A DNA stretch of 64,000 nt from Saprospiraceae bacterium. Lineage in GTDB: Bacteria > Bacteroidota > Bacteroidia > Chitinophagales > Saprospiraceae. Numbering within the stretch: the first letter of the stretch is position 1; every line of letters starts with the position of its first letter. Under the pieces are notes generated by a model. The model was given only the letters and a program-made list of their open reading frames with translations, had not been told where the DNA came from and did not search any database. Of this stretch, positions 52,750-61,672 are shown piece by piece. The stretch covers positions 36,896 to 100,895 of the forward strand of contig JBGSTG010000137.1 of the NCBI GenBank assembly GCA_041736625.1, given 5' to 3'. The position numbers were made by a program, and so were the translations under genes.

Positions 52750-54324
52750 CTAAAATTTGTTCGCCGAAGAGAACACCCGATCCCAGTTCACCCCGTTAAA
52801 GAGGGAGCCGTCTTTTCCGCTGAGCCAGATGAACAGCGGCTTGCCAACGATGTGGTCTTCGGGCACGTAACCCCACACACGAGAATCTTCGGAGTTGTTC
52901 CGGTTGTCGCCCATCATCCAGTAGTAGTTCTGCCTGAACGTGTAGGTGGTGGCGGGTTGCCCGTTGATGAGGTATTGATCGCCCCGAATTTCCAGCTTGT
53001 TCAACTCGTAATCGCGGATCAATCGCTCATAAAACGGCATGCTCTGTGGCGTAAGCGCCACGGTTGCCCCTGCTTTGGGGATGTAGATGGGGCCGTAATC
53101 CTCCATGGTCCAGGCGCCGTAATATTTGGCGTCGTTCGGATAAACGTAACCCGGGTAGGGCGAGGCGATCTGGATTTTTTCCACTTTCACATCGGGTCCG
53201 AGGGCTTTTATCTTTTCTACCTGTTTGGCGTCGAGGTTAAAACGCCCCTCTTGCGGGTCGCCGGCGTCGTTCAGGCTGACCCCCATTTCCGCCAGTTTTT
53301 TCAGGCTGATGCTGCCGGAGGCGTTGCTCACCTGGTAGGTGTACTGCATGTGGGTGGGGTTGGGCGCCACCTGGCCGTTGATGTACAGCTGGGCGCCGCG
53401 AATCTCCAGGCTGTCGCCCGCCACGGCTACGCAGCGCTTGATGTAGTGGTCTTTTTTGTCGATGGGCCGCGTCACCACGGGCATATTCGGCGCCTGCTTG
53501 TCGTAGCCCAGGCGGCGCCACTGGTACACGTCGAACGTCCGACCGGGGACAATGACCACACTGTCGCCGGCAGGGAAATTGAACACCACGGATTCGTTGC
53601 GGTCGATGCTTTCTATGGCCGGGAGGCGGTTGTAGCGCAACGCGGGTTTTTTCAGATAAGATTCCGTGTTAATAACCGGCATGCGGTTGTGGATCAGGGG
53701 AAACTGCAGCACCGTCATGGGTGTGCGTATGCCGTAATGGGCTTTGCTGACAAACAGGAAGTCCCCGACTTTCAGGGTGCCTTCCATAGAGGACGTAGGG
53801 ATGACAAACGCTTCGATGAGGAACATCCGGATAAAAGCGGCGGCAAAAACGGCGAAGATGATGGCTTCCGTCCATTCACGGCCGATGGACTTGTGGTAGG
53901 GGTTGGTCGCGTCCATCTTGCGGATTTTTCCCTTGTCGCCGGCCTTCACTGCGGCGTCGTACTCCGCGCGGAATGCCCGGTACTGCGTCAGCACAGGCCC
54001 TCCGTATTTGGCCTGAGGATCACGGCCGAGGAGGAAATAAGGAATGGGGGCGTACACCACCGCCATAAAGGCATCCCAGAAGCTGTGTTTCCCGAAAGAG
54101 CGCGACAGGTCGATCGCCAAACCCGCATAAATAAAAATATTGACCACCGGAAAGAGCAGCCAGAGCGCGTAGACGGGCTTGCGGCCGACCAGCTTGCACC
54201 ATTCCACCTCTTTCATCCCTGGTACCAGCGCCTTCCAGGCGGGCACGCCGGCCTTTTCAAATAATTTCATCATGCTCAGGCTGAGCAGGATGTACAAAAC
54301 GATAAGAAAAAGAAGAACCGACAT
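52750..54324 (-). CDS. lepB: Signal peptidase I (long Bacteroidota form)
   Basis: IPTSSMEGTLKVGDFLFV (catalytic Ser box), YIKRCVAVAGD (Lys box) and MMGDNRNNSEDSRVWGYVPEDHIVGKPLFIW. The N-terminal membrane extension and large insert are typical of the phylum. Confidence 0.88.
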   Translation of the reverse strand: MSVLLFLIVLYILLSLSMMKLFEKAGVPAWKALVPGMKEVEWCKLVGRKPVYALWLLFPVVNIFIYAGLAIDLSRSFGKHSFWDAFMAVVYAPIPYFLLGRDPQAKYGGPVLTQYRAFRAEYDAAVKAGDKGKIRKMDATNPYHKSIGREWTEAIIFAVFAAAFIRMFLIEAFVIPTSSMEGTLKVGDFLFVSKAHYGIRTPMTVLQFPLIHNRMPVINTESYLKKPALRYNRLPAIESIDRNESVVFNFPAGDSVVIVPGRTFDVYQWRRLGYDKQAPNMPVVTRPIDKKDHYIKRCVAVAGDSLEIRGAQLYINGQVAPNPTHMQYTYQVSNASGSISLKKLAEMGVSLNDAGDPQEGRFNLDAKQVEKIKALGPDVKVEKIQIASPYPGYVYPNDAKYYGAWTMEDYGPIYIPKAGATVALTPQSMPFYERLIRDYELNKLEIRGDQYLINGQPATTYTFRQNYYWMMGDNRNNSEDSRVWGYVPEDHIVGKPLFIWLSGKDGSLFNGVNWDRVFSSANKF

Positions 54325-54438
54325 GGCGAGTTATGGAAAGGGGACGTCCCTGGTTTTAAATGTTCACAAAGGTAACCGCAGCGATCCCAACAAGCATTTT
54401 GTGTAGACCAGCGGCGCAAAACAGTCGATCAAAGCGGC

Positions 54439-55836
54439 TTAAGCCTCATCGGAAGCCCGTTTTTTGCGACGGGTTTTGAAGATGTCCACCACTTCCTTAT
54501 CGGTCAGGAAACCGAAGTCGACAAAAGTCGTAGACACAAAGCGCTTGATGTCCTGGTAATCCTTGCCGCGCTTGTCGGTGTATTTGAGCAGTAGTTTGCG
54601 GACGTAGTTCATGGACTGTTTTTCCACGGCCTGGTTGAACTGCTGGTTGTTGAAGATCTTCATATACAGGCCGAAGATTTTGTTGAGCTCGAAATAGTCG
54701 GCATATTCCTCCTCAATCAGGCCGTTGATCAGGCGCTCGAAATATTGGAGGATGAGATGCCTCAGGCATTCGCTCTCTACCGAAAGCCCTTCGTGGCCGT
54801 TGTAAAAATCCTGCACCGCTTCGATGGTGTCGGGATGCACGTAACCCAGGCTGTGCACTTTGTCCGCAATGCGATAAAACTCCGACAGTTTGTCTTTGTA
54901 TGCCTTGTCAATGCTGCGGCTCATGCGCTCGTCTTCGCGGCTGCCGATTTGTACCTCCGAGCCTTGTAATTCGGCCAGGAAACGCAGGAACTGTTTATCG
55001 AAACCGGGGAATGCACGCCGCTCCCTTTCAAAATGAGTAGAAAAGGACTTTTGCTCGTCGGCGGTCCGTTCCATGAAAAGGCCGTAGATGGACAGCATTT
55101 CCAGGTATTCGGGTGTTCCATAAAATTCGGAATTGTCTAAAAAGGCGACGATTTTGTCTTTCAGGCTCGAGTTGTCGCTGCCCACGGCGAAGCGTTTGAG
55201 CAGGAAGAGGCGGAGGGCGGAGAAATTGGCCTTCATTTCGCCCAGGGTCTCAGGGAACTCGGCGGAGAAGTACAATTCGTTGCGGAACTGCCGGGCGTAG
55301 CGTTCGTAGAGCTGTTCGCGCTCGTGATGATCGCGGAAGCGGTCGTTTTTTTGCTGCAGGAAAAAGTTGCGCACTTTTTTGTTCTCCACCTGGGCGAGCA
55401 GGTTGGTGATCCAAATGTCGCTGCTGAGCGCGAACCCAACCTGAATGGTTTGGCCGATGCGCTTTTTGAGTTGATCGAAGTGCACGCTGTTGGCGATGGC
55501 CAGCAGCACTTCCTTGAAGTGATCGTTCGGACGCAGGTAGCGAAACTGGTTGTTGACCTCCCCGCGCAGGACCGCGAAGCCGAGGATGCGCGGCAGGTAA
55601 AGGCCTTCGAACGCCGGATCGAGCATGTAACGCTCCAGGGCCGCGAGTTGCAGGGGCGCCTCGGCGGCCACCTGGTTGTGGAGTTCAGCCATTTGGGGTT
55701 CAAAAACACCCCGGAATTCGTTGTACAACTCGTCGTCTTCCTCCTCCAGGTACTGGGCCAGCAAAGGGGATTCCTGTATGGTTGCCGCCAGTTCGTTGAG
55801 GCGGTCGTAGTAGTTTTCGGATAATGGTTCCAGCAT
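54439..55836 (-). CDS. Conserved-looking hypothetical cytoplasmic protein (all-helical)
   Basis: 465 codons with clean coding composition. The start is moved to MLEPLSENYY (55836) because the rpsP terminator hairpin occupies 55858-55898. No recognisable motif. Confidence 0.55.
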   Translation of the reverse strand: MLEPLSENYYDRLNELAATIQESPLLAQYLEEEDDELYNEFRGVFEPQMAELHNQVAAEAPLQLAALERYMLDPAFEGLYLPRILGFAVLRGEVNNQFRYLRPNDHFKEVLLAIANSVHFDQLKKRIGQTIQVGFALSSDIWITNLLAQVENKKVRNFFLQQKNDRFRDHHEREQLYERYARQFRNELYFSAEFPETLGEMKANFSALRLFLLKRFAVGSDNSSLKDKIVAFLDNSEFYGTPEYLEMLSIYGLFMERTADEQKSFSTHFERERRAFPGFDKQFLRFLAELQGSEVQIGSREDERMSRSIDKAYKDKLSEFYRIADKVHSLGYVHPDTIEAVQDFYNGHEGLSVESECLRHLILQYFERLINGLIEEEYADYFELNKIFGLYMKIFNNQQFNQAVEKQSMNYVRKLLLKYTDKRGKDYQDIKRFVSTTFVDFGFLTDKEVVDIFKTRRKKRASDEA

Positions 55837-55857
55837 GTTAAACTGTTTTGGATATTT

Positions 55858-55898
55858 TAAAAAGACCTGATAAAACCGCAAAGGGCTTTACCAGGTCT
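55858..55898 (-). terminator. Rho-independent terminator of rpsP
   Basis: On the minus strand: AGACCTG-(22 nt loop)-CAGGTCT followed by TTTTTAAAATA. The arms are at 55892-55898 and 55863-55869. Confidence 0.5.
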
Positions 55899-55950
55899 GT
55901 TTCTACTTTGCACAGGGCAAAGATACGCGAAGACGGGACTTTTCAGGCCC

Positions 55951-56580
55951 TTATTCTGCTGTTTTTTCTGCGTCGTCAGTCGATTCCGCAGTGGGAGCAG
56001 CCTCCTGCGCGGGGGCTTCTGTTGCGGTTTCTTCGGCAGCTACCGGGGTGTCGACAACCGTTTCGGTTTCAGCGACGGCTGCCACTTCGGGAGCGGCTTC
56101 CACTTCAGCCGGAGCGGCTTCTACTTCGGGAGCAGCTTCCTCAACGGGGGCTTCTGCCTTCGGTTTGGCTTTGGGTTTGCCGTCGATAGCCAACACCAGT
56201 TGTTGTTTCTTCTCTGCTACTTTTTCCTTGTGCTGGGTGATGGCCTTGTCTTTGTTCTCCAGCCAGGCGTTCAGTTTTTCCAGCGCCTGCTCTTCCGTCA
56301 GCGCGCCTTTTACTACGCCCATGTGCAGGTGTTTTTGAAAAAGCACTCCTTTGTAGCGCAGGATGGCCCGAACCGTATCGGTTGGCTGGGCGCCGTTGAT
56401 CAGCCATTTGAAGGCCAGTTCACGGTCCAGTTCAATGGTGGCCGGTTGGGTCAGGGGGTTGTACGTACCGACTTTTTCGATGAAACGGCCGTCGCGCGGG
56501 GAACGGCTGTCGGCAATCACGATGTGGTAAAAGGGCGCCTTGCTGCGACCCTTGCGCTGTAAACGTATCTTAACGGACAT
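55951..56580 (-). CDS. rpsP: 30S ribosomal protein S16 with an Ala/Glu/Pro/Lys-rich C-terminal extension
   Basis: [43 protein letters not shown] is canonical S16. About 125 extra residues follow, including low-complexity [26 protein letters not shown]. Start at 56580. Confidence 0.92.
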   Translation of the reverse strand: MSVKIRLQRKGRSKAPFYHIVIADSRSPRDGRFIEKVGTYNPLTQPATIELDRELAFKWLINGAQPTDTVRAILRYKGVLFQKHLHMGVVKGALTEEQALEKLNAWLENKDKAITQHKEKVAEKKQQLVLAIDGKPKAKPKAEAPVEEAAPEVEAAPAEVEAAPEVAAVAETETVVDTPVAAEETATEAPAQEAAPTAESTDDAEKTAE

Positions 56581-56745
56581 GCGACTACGAAAATTTAAGG
56601 TGAAAAACGACACGATACCGCTCAATTACTTCCATAAAAGGAACGTCGAGCTTTTCGCGGGCGCAAAGGTACGCGCCGTTGTGCTATTTTCCAAACCAAT
56701 TTTTAAAAATTGCTGTTCTTTGTTCCATCATTTGGCCAGACGCAC

Positions 56746-56985
56746 ATGCTTAAATACCCGCTGATTCTACTGATACGGCTCTACCAGCTCACCTTGTCAC
56801 CCCTGCTCGGGGTCAACAAATGCCGCTATCAGCCTACCTGCTCGCACTACATGATCGATGCCATCCGGGAATGGGGCGTGCTGCGGGGCCTGTGGATGGG
56901 CCTGCTGCGCATCGGGCGATGCCACCCCTGGAGCAACCACCCAATGCACGACCCGGTACCCAAACGCGGAGAAAAAACACCCTGA
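56746..56985 (+). CDS. yidD: Membrane protein insertion efficiency factor YidD
   Basis: LIRLYQLTLSPLLG..CRYQPTCSHYMIDAIREWGVLRGLWMGLLRIGRCHPW is the YidD signature. Start at MLKYPL (56746). Confidence 0.87.
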   Translation: MLKYPLILLIRLYQLTLSPLLGVNKCRYQPTCSHYMIDAIREWGVLRGLWMGLLRIGRCHPWSNHPMHDPVPKRGEKTP

Positions 56986-57032
56986 GATGCGGCGAACAGG
57001 TGTAGCGAGCATGCAGAAAACAAAGCAAATTA

Positions 57033-57054
57033 GCCCACGGCTTCAGCCGTGGGC
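57033..57054 (+). terminator. GC-rich perfect hairpin after yidD (terminator or REP-like stem-loop)
   Basis: GCCCACGGC-ttca-GCCGTGGGC, a 9-bp perfect stem with a 4-nt loop. No T tract follows, so the terminator function is uncertain. Confidence 0.3.
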
Positions 57055-57206
57055 GGAGTAGGGGGAGATGGAGGAAAGAGAGAAGCCCGAATTGCATACG
57101 TGCAAATATTTCATTAAATTTGCATCAAAATATTTATTCAAAGAACCAAACATTTACCTCATGTTGCGATCCACTCTTTTCCTCCCCGCCCTTCTTCCCA
57201 AACATC

Positions 57207-58985
57207 ATGCAAAAAAAACCCGCCACCCTCGCCATCATCATCCACCTTGCTTGCGCCTTGTACGCCCAGTCGCCCAACAGTTACCAACTGGCATACACCA
57301 CCTATCTCGGAGGCGTCCATTTTGAACAGGCCCGGGATCTGGCGGTCGATAAAGACGGCAATATTTATGTAACCGGCGGCACCTCTTCCAACAATTTCCC
57401 CACCACGCCCGGCGTCTACAACACGGTTTACAACAATGCCGGAAGCGCAACAGTGGGCACGTGGGGCCCGATGATGGTATTCATCGCCAAGTTTACGCCC
57501 CAGGGAGACCTGGTCTGGTCGACCTACCTCGGCGGGCCGAATTACGACAGGGCATACGCCATTGAGGTTGACCAGCATGGATACGTTTATGTCGGGGGCC
57601 GGGCCGGCGATGATTTTCCCACTACTCCCGGTGCTTTTCAGGAGCAATTCACCCAATTTGGCGGCAAAAACAACCTGTATGGCCACCAGAACGGATTCAT
57701 TGCCAAGCTGTCGCCCGACGGCGCCCAACTCCTCTGGTCCACATATTACGGTTCAGACAGCTACGGTTTTTTCCGGGATATAGACATTGACGAAGAGGGC
57801 TATGTATACGGCATCCTGAATGCGGTGAGCACCAAGCCGGGCGGGATTCCGAATGACGCATTTGATCCGGACCACAATGGCGGTTACGACATGGTGGCCG
57901 TAAAATTCAAGCCGGACGGCAGTGATGTGGTATGGGCCACTTTTTTGGGCGGCTCGGGTGAGGATCAGGGCGGCCCGTCCATTCGGGTCGGTCCCGACAA
58001 AAGCGTGTACGTAGCCGGGAGCACCAAATCAACCAATTTCCCTACAACCGCCAATGCCGTGCAGAAACAACGCAAAGGCCCGGAGGACATGTTTGTTACC
58101 CGCATTGCGCCGGACGGGAAATCGCTGATCTACTCCACTTACTTTGGCGGCAGCGCCGGCGAGTTCTCTGAAACGCACAGCCTGTTTGTCGATCACCTTG
58201 GTCAGGCTTATGTTGCCTGCGGAACGTCTTCATCCGATATGGCAACGACCCCTGGCGCAATGAAAGGCCAAAAGCCCGGAACCGACATCGACGGCTTATT
58301 TTTCAAGTTGTCGACTGACGGGGCCAATGTGCTGGCTTGCACCTACTTCGGCGGCATTGCCAACGATGCGCCGGAAGGTCTGTACGTGGATTCCCTGCAA
58401 AATTTGTACGTAGGAGGCGGCAGCAACTCCGATGGACTGCCGGTAACCCCCAATGCGCATCAGCTTCAACGAAAAGGCGGCCACGATGGGTTCGTGGTAA
58501 AATTGAACCCCGATTTTTCGGCGCCCCTGTATTGCACCTATTTTGGCGGCGGCAAGGATGAGGCTGTCCGGGCATTTCATGTATCCGGCGATGGCTACAT
58601 TTGCCTTTCCGGCCAAACCCTTTCCATCGATCTCCCGGTGACGGCAACCGCCTTTCAAACATCCCATGGAAGCCCCAATAACAACAACCGGGCAGATAGC
58701 TATCTGGCTATTTTGCAAGGTGGTGTATCCACGTCATCAACCTATTTACAGAAAAATGTTCGGGTGGATTTATTTCCGAATCCGGCTAGGTCGGAATTTT
58801 TTGTGCTGAATCATGGGTTTGTTTTTGAGAAAATTGCCGTTTTCGACCCATTGGGTCGACGGGTACTTGAGCAACCCCTGCTTGGCAATGGCATTGATAT
58901 TCAAAAACTTGTTCCGGGAGAATATCTGGTAAGACTGGAAATGAAAGACAGCAATTTTGTATTTAGCAAATTAATAAAATATTAA
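57207..58985 (+). CDS. Secreted SBBP/beta-propeller-repeat protein with a T9SS type-A C-terminal domain
   Basis: Signal peptide MQKKPATLAIIIHLACALYAQ. Repeated D..GN.YV.G.T.S.NFPTT.G(A/V) units. C-terminal VDLFPNPARSEFFVL...PGEYLVRLEM...SKLIKY. Confidence 0.75.
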   Translation: MQKKPATLAIIIHLACALYAQSPNSYQLAYTTYLGGVHFEQARDLAVDKDGNIYVTGGTSSNNFPTTPGVYNTVYNNAGSATVGTWGPMMVFIAKFTPQGDLVWSTYLGGPNYDRAYAIEVDQHGYVYVGGRAGDDFPTTPGAFQEQFTQFGGKNNLYGHQNGFIAKLSPDGAQLLWSTYYGSDSYGFFRDIDIDEEGYVYGILNAVSTKPGGIPNDAFDPDHNGGYDMVAVKFKPDGSDVVWATFLGGSGEDQGGPSIRVGPDKSVYVAGSTKSTNFPTTANAVQKQRKGPEDMFVTRIAPDGKSLIYSTYFGGSAGEFSETHSLFVDHLGQAYVACGTSSSDMATTPGAMKGQKPGTDIDGLFFKLSTDGANVLACTYFGGIANDAPEGLYVDSLQNLYVGGGSNSDGLPVTPNAHQLQRKGGHDGFVVKLNPDFSAPLYCTYFGGGKDEAVRAFHVSGDGYICLSGQTLSIDLPVTATAFQTSHGSPNNNNRADSYLAILQGGVSTSSTYLQKNVRVDLFPNPARSEFFVLNHGFVFEKIAVFDPLGRRVLEQPLLGNGIDIQKLVPGEYLVRLEMKDSNFVFSKLIKY

Positions 58986-58992
58986 TATTAAA

Positions 58993-59052
58993 AAACCCTC
59001 GCCCAGGAAATTGCCCTTGGCAATATCCAAGTAAGTTCCCAGGCGAGGGTTT
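58993..59052. terminator. Bidirectional terminator candidate between convergent genes
   Basis: AAACCCTCGCC (58993-59003) pairs with GGCGAGGGTTT (59042-59052). An inner hairpin is ATTGCC-ctt-GGCAAT. There is an A run on the left and a T run on the right. Confidence 0.45.
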
Positions 59053-59061
59053 CCTTTACAC

Positions 59062-60210
59062 CTAGTTAAACGCATACTTCACACTAAACTGCAAGCGATC
59101 TGCCGAACCATCCCCGTCGTCTTTGTCCGTCCGAACCCCATGCAGGTACTCCACCCCCGCAAACGCGTTGTGGGTAAAATGCCACACCAGGTTGAGGGCG
59201 AAGTAGGAAGCTGAGTAGAGGGCGGTGCCGGGCTGACCGTCGGTGTTGTCGTCGTGGCCGTAGTTGAACACGATGTTGGACGACAGGATGGGCGACCAGT
59301 AGTGCAGGTAACTGCCGGTGAAACCGATGCCGGTCAGCGGATCAAGCTGATCGCCCTCTGCATCCAGGCCGGCCGACAGGCCGCCCCGGTAGCGGGCGAT
59401 GCCCGGGCCGTAAATGACCTGGTAGCCCAACCGGTCTTTTTCCAGGAGTTTGAACTGGCCGGACAGGTTGGCGCCGAAGAGCGGCTCATCGTCGTTGTCG
59501 CCGTTATCGGGGCGGAAGCGGATCACACCGGCGAAGCCGGAGACCTGCACGTGTCCCCACGACCGGGTCATCCGATAGCGGGCCGTCAGGTCGGGAAGGG
59601 GACTTTCCAGCGTGCCCGGTACCGTTGGTGTCTGGGCCGACGCGCTGGGTTCCTCGAGGGCCAGGGCGAGGTAGGCATCGGTGCCGAGCGGGTGTTTCCA
59701 CCGGATTTGCGGGTGGCGGATAAGCGCGTAGGCAGCCGGTTTTTCGAAGTCGAGCGTGGCGGGTATAATGTCTTCGTCCATGAAGTTCGACCAGTATTGG
59801 CCGGCCAGCCAGGTGTCGTCAATCTCCAAAAATGCGTGACGCAGGCGAAAGCCGCTGCCGGAGCCGTAAAAGTCGCCCTCTACGTACGTTTTGATCTCTC
59901 CAACCTTCGAGGGCGTGCGGACGTCGAGAAACAGGCGCGTTTCCTTGGCGTTCAGGTGAGAGCTTTGGCCTTTTGAGTCGTCGGTCGGAATTTTGGACAC
60001 GTCGAAGAAGTCCGGCGACCCGATGGGCTTGAAGTCGTGGATCAGATCCAATTTCACATAACCGCCGATTTTAAAACGGGTCTCTGTTTTGGGCAGTCCG
60101 ATCCAGCCGGGCGGCAGGTCGTTGGCCGTTTGCTGTGCCTGTACGGGGATCGCAAATACGGATAGGGCTGCTGCCGTCAGGCAGAGCAGTTGGGTGCATG
60201 GCGTATTCAT
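59062..60210 (-). CDS. Outer-membrane beta-barrel porin-like protein
   Basis: Signal peptide MNTPCTQLLCLTAAALSVFAIPVQAQ. Alternating amphipathic beta-strand pattern throughout (FKIGGYVKLDLIHDF, LRHAFLEI, ...QFSVKYAFN terminus). The family assignment (DcaP-like?) is unverified. Confidence 0.5.
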   Translation of the reverse strand: MNTPCTQLLCLTAAALSVFAIPVQAQQTANDLPPGWIGLPKTETRFKIGGYVKLDLIHDFKPIGSPDFFDVSKIPTDDSKGQSSHLNAKETRLFLDVRTPSKVGEIKTYVEGDFYGSGSGFRLRHAFLEIDDTWLAGQYWSNFMDEDIIPATLDFEKPAAYALIRHPQIRWKHPLGTDAYLALALEEPSASAQTPTVPGTLESPLPDLTARYRMTRSWGHVQVSGFAGVIRFRPDNGDNDDEPLFGANLSGQFKLLEKDRLGYQVIYGPGIARYRGGLSAGLDAEGDQLDPLTGIGFTGSYLHYWSPILSSNIVFNYGHDDNTDGQPGTALYSASYFALNLVWHFTHNAFAGVEYLHGVRTDKDDGDGSADRLQFSVKYAFN

Positions 60211-60220
60211 GTTCGGCGAT

Positions 60221-61084
60221 TTACTTTTTGATCTCGTCCATGGTGATCGCCCGGTCATTCAGGGTTTGCACGGGGCGGTTGTTGTTTTTCAGGCGGTCGG
60301 TAAACAGTTTGATCTGGTCGGCGCTCATGGAGATGCGTTCGCGCAGCACCAGCCAGTCCACGTTTTCCGAGCAGGGGGGCGTGGTCAGCGAGCCTTTGTA
60401 GTGGAAGGCATGGATGTTTTTGGGCACGTGCAGGGTGAGGTCGAGGCGCGTATCGGCCAGGCGGTTGGTCTCACCGGGTGCGTCGGGCAGGTTTTTGATG
60501 ATCTGGGCGAAGTTGGCATTGGCTTTTCCTTCTTCTACGAATACGCCAACCACGGCAAAACTACCATCGGCGGCCTGGTGGACGAAGTGGGTCTCCATCG
60601 GGAAGTGCTTGCCGTTGAGGGTGTGTTCGCTGGGGGTGTGAAAGTGGAATTGTTTGAGGGCGAACACCTTGCCGTTGAGGGTGATGGTGTTGCCGGAGTC
60701 TACGTTCACCTGGATGGTGTGCCCGTTGTCCACGATATCGTCCACGTGCTGGTTGTGGGCGATGTGAAGACCGGTGGTGTTGTACTCCATGGTCCAGTTC
60801 GGGGTGCCGCCCGGCTTGGAGGGGGTGAGGTTAATGGGCGATTGGGCACGGCCGTTGCCGCAGGCGGCGTAAACGGGGGTGAGGGAACCCCAGGTTTCGG
60901 GTCCGGCCTCCCCCGTGTAACCCCAGTGCACCGGGCGGGCGGAGGGTTTTTCGGTGGGCGCCGACGCGGCCGAAACCGAGTCCTGAGCGGTGGCGGAGGT
61001 CGTCTCTTTTGGTTTTGTTTCGCATGCGGCGAAGCCTAGCGCCAGCATAACCAGGGAGGGCAAAAGGGTTTTAACTGCTTTCAT
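60221..61084 (-). CDS. Alpha-class carbonic anhydrase, probable lipoprotein
   Basis: Lipobox-like LALGFAAC. HWGYTGEAGPETWG, QSPINL, FHFHTPSEHTLNGK (zinc His pair), ETHFVH (third His) and GSLTTPPCSE. Confidence 0.9.
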   Translation of the reverse strand: MKAVKTLLPSLVMLALGFAACETKPKETTSATAQDSVSAASAPTEKPSARPVHWGYTGEAGPETWGSLTPVYAACGNGRAQSPINLTPSKPGGTPNWTMEYNTTGLHIAHNQHVDDIVDNGHTIQVNVDSGNTITLNGKVFALKQFHFHTPSEHTLNGKHFPMETHFVHQAADGSFAVVGVFVEEGKANANFAQIIKNLPDAPGETNRLADTRLDLTLHVPKNIHAFHYKGSLTTPPCSENVDWLVLRERISMSADQIKLFTDRLKNNNRPVQTLNDRAITMDEIKK

Positions 61085-61123
61085 AATAGTAATTTGTCAA
61101 GTGAAAAAGATATAAAGACAGAC

Positions 61124-61567
61124 CTAACCTGGATGGGAGTTCCCGCCGGCTAAATCCGCTTTGTTCACCAGAAAGTACCCAAGGGTGAGGGCAATGACCA
61201 GCCCCGCTACTGCGAACTCTACCATGGGCTCCGGCTCCATCATATCGAGCAGCAGGATTTTACGTGTTACGGCAATAATCCCGATGAGTATGATGGTTTT
61301 TAGTTTAAAGGCGTGGTTTTCGGTGAAATAGCGTATGCTCTGGATAATTTCAAGCCACAGCAGGATGGTGAAAAACAGGACAGCCAGCGGCTTGTCGTGC
61401 TCCTGGCGCTCAAAGGTGCTGTGCTGTATGGAATGGATCAGCTTGCCGCCCAGCTCGAATACCAGTTCGAACGTGAGATAGGTGATGCCTACAATGGCGA
61501 CCAGAATAAGGGTAATCGATATAACTTTTTCAAAAAGGCTGAAAAATCTTTCCATGGTTGGGTTCAT
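61124..61567 (-). CDS. PsiE-family (phosphate-starvation-inducible E-like) membrane protein
   Basis: Four TM helices. LWLEIIQSIRYF and IGIIAVTRKILLLD parallel E. coli PsiE YFEFIALIVKYF and IGITAIVRLIIVD. Start at MNPTMERFF (61567, or 61555). Confidence 0.55.
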   Translation of the reverse strand: MNPTMERFFSLFEKVISITLILVAIVGITYLTFELVFELGGKLIHSIQHSTFERQEHDKPLAVLFFTILLWLEIIQSIRYFTENHAFKLKTIILIGIIAVTRKILLLDMMEPEPMVEFAVAGLVIALTLGYFLVNKADLAGGNSHPG

Positions 61568-61672
61568 CTTGATTTGACGGCAGCAAATGTAAAATACAGA
61601 TTCCTTTACTGCCGCCAAAGGTAAACAAAGATGTTATCCAACCACGGGAATTTGTTGGCATGCGCGACCTGG

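Noticed and set aside
46606-54264. Long antisense/off-frame ORFs at 46606-47859, 47917-48507, 51024-52202, 52010-52699 and 52852-54264
   Set aside because: Each overlaps a well-supported gene (GT-C/TPR, pccB-like, rdgB, lepB). They show GC-driven stop-codon depletion rather than coding features.
44091-56625. N-terminal extensions offered by the ORF track for lysA (to 45440), pccB-like (from 50568), the hypothetical gene (to 55881), rpsP (to 56625) and yidD (from 56710)
   Set aside because: The conserved family N-termini begin at internal Met codons. The extensions are hydrophobic or odd peptides and, for the gene downstream of rpsP, would overlap the rpsP terminator hairpin.
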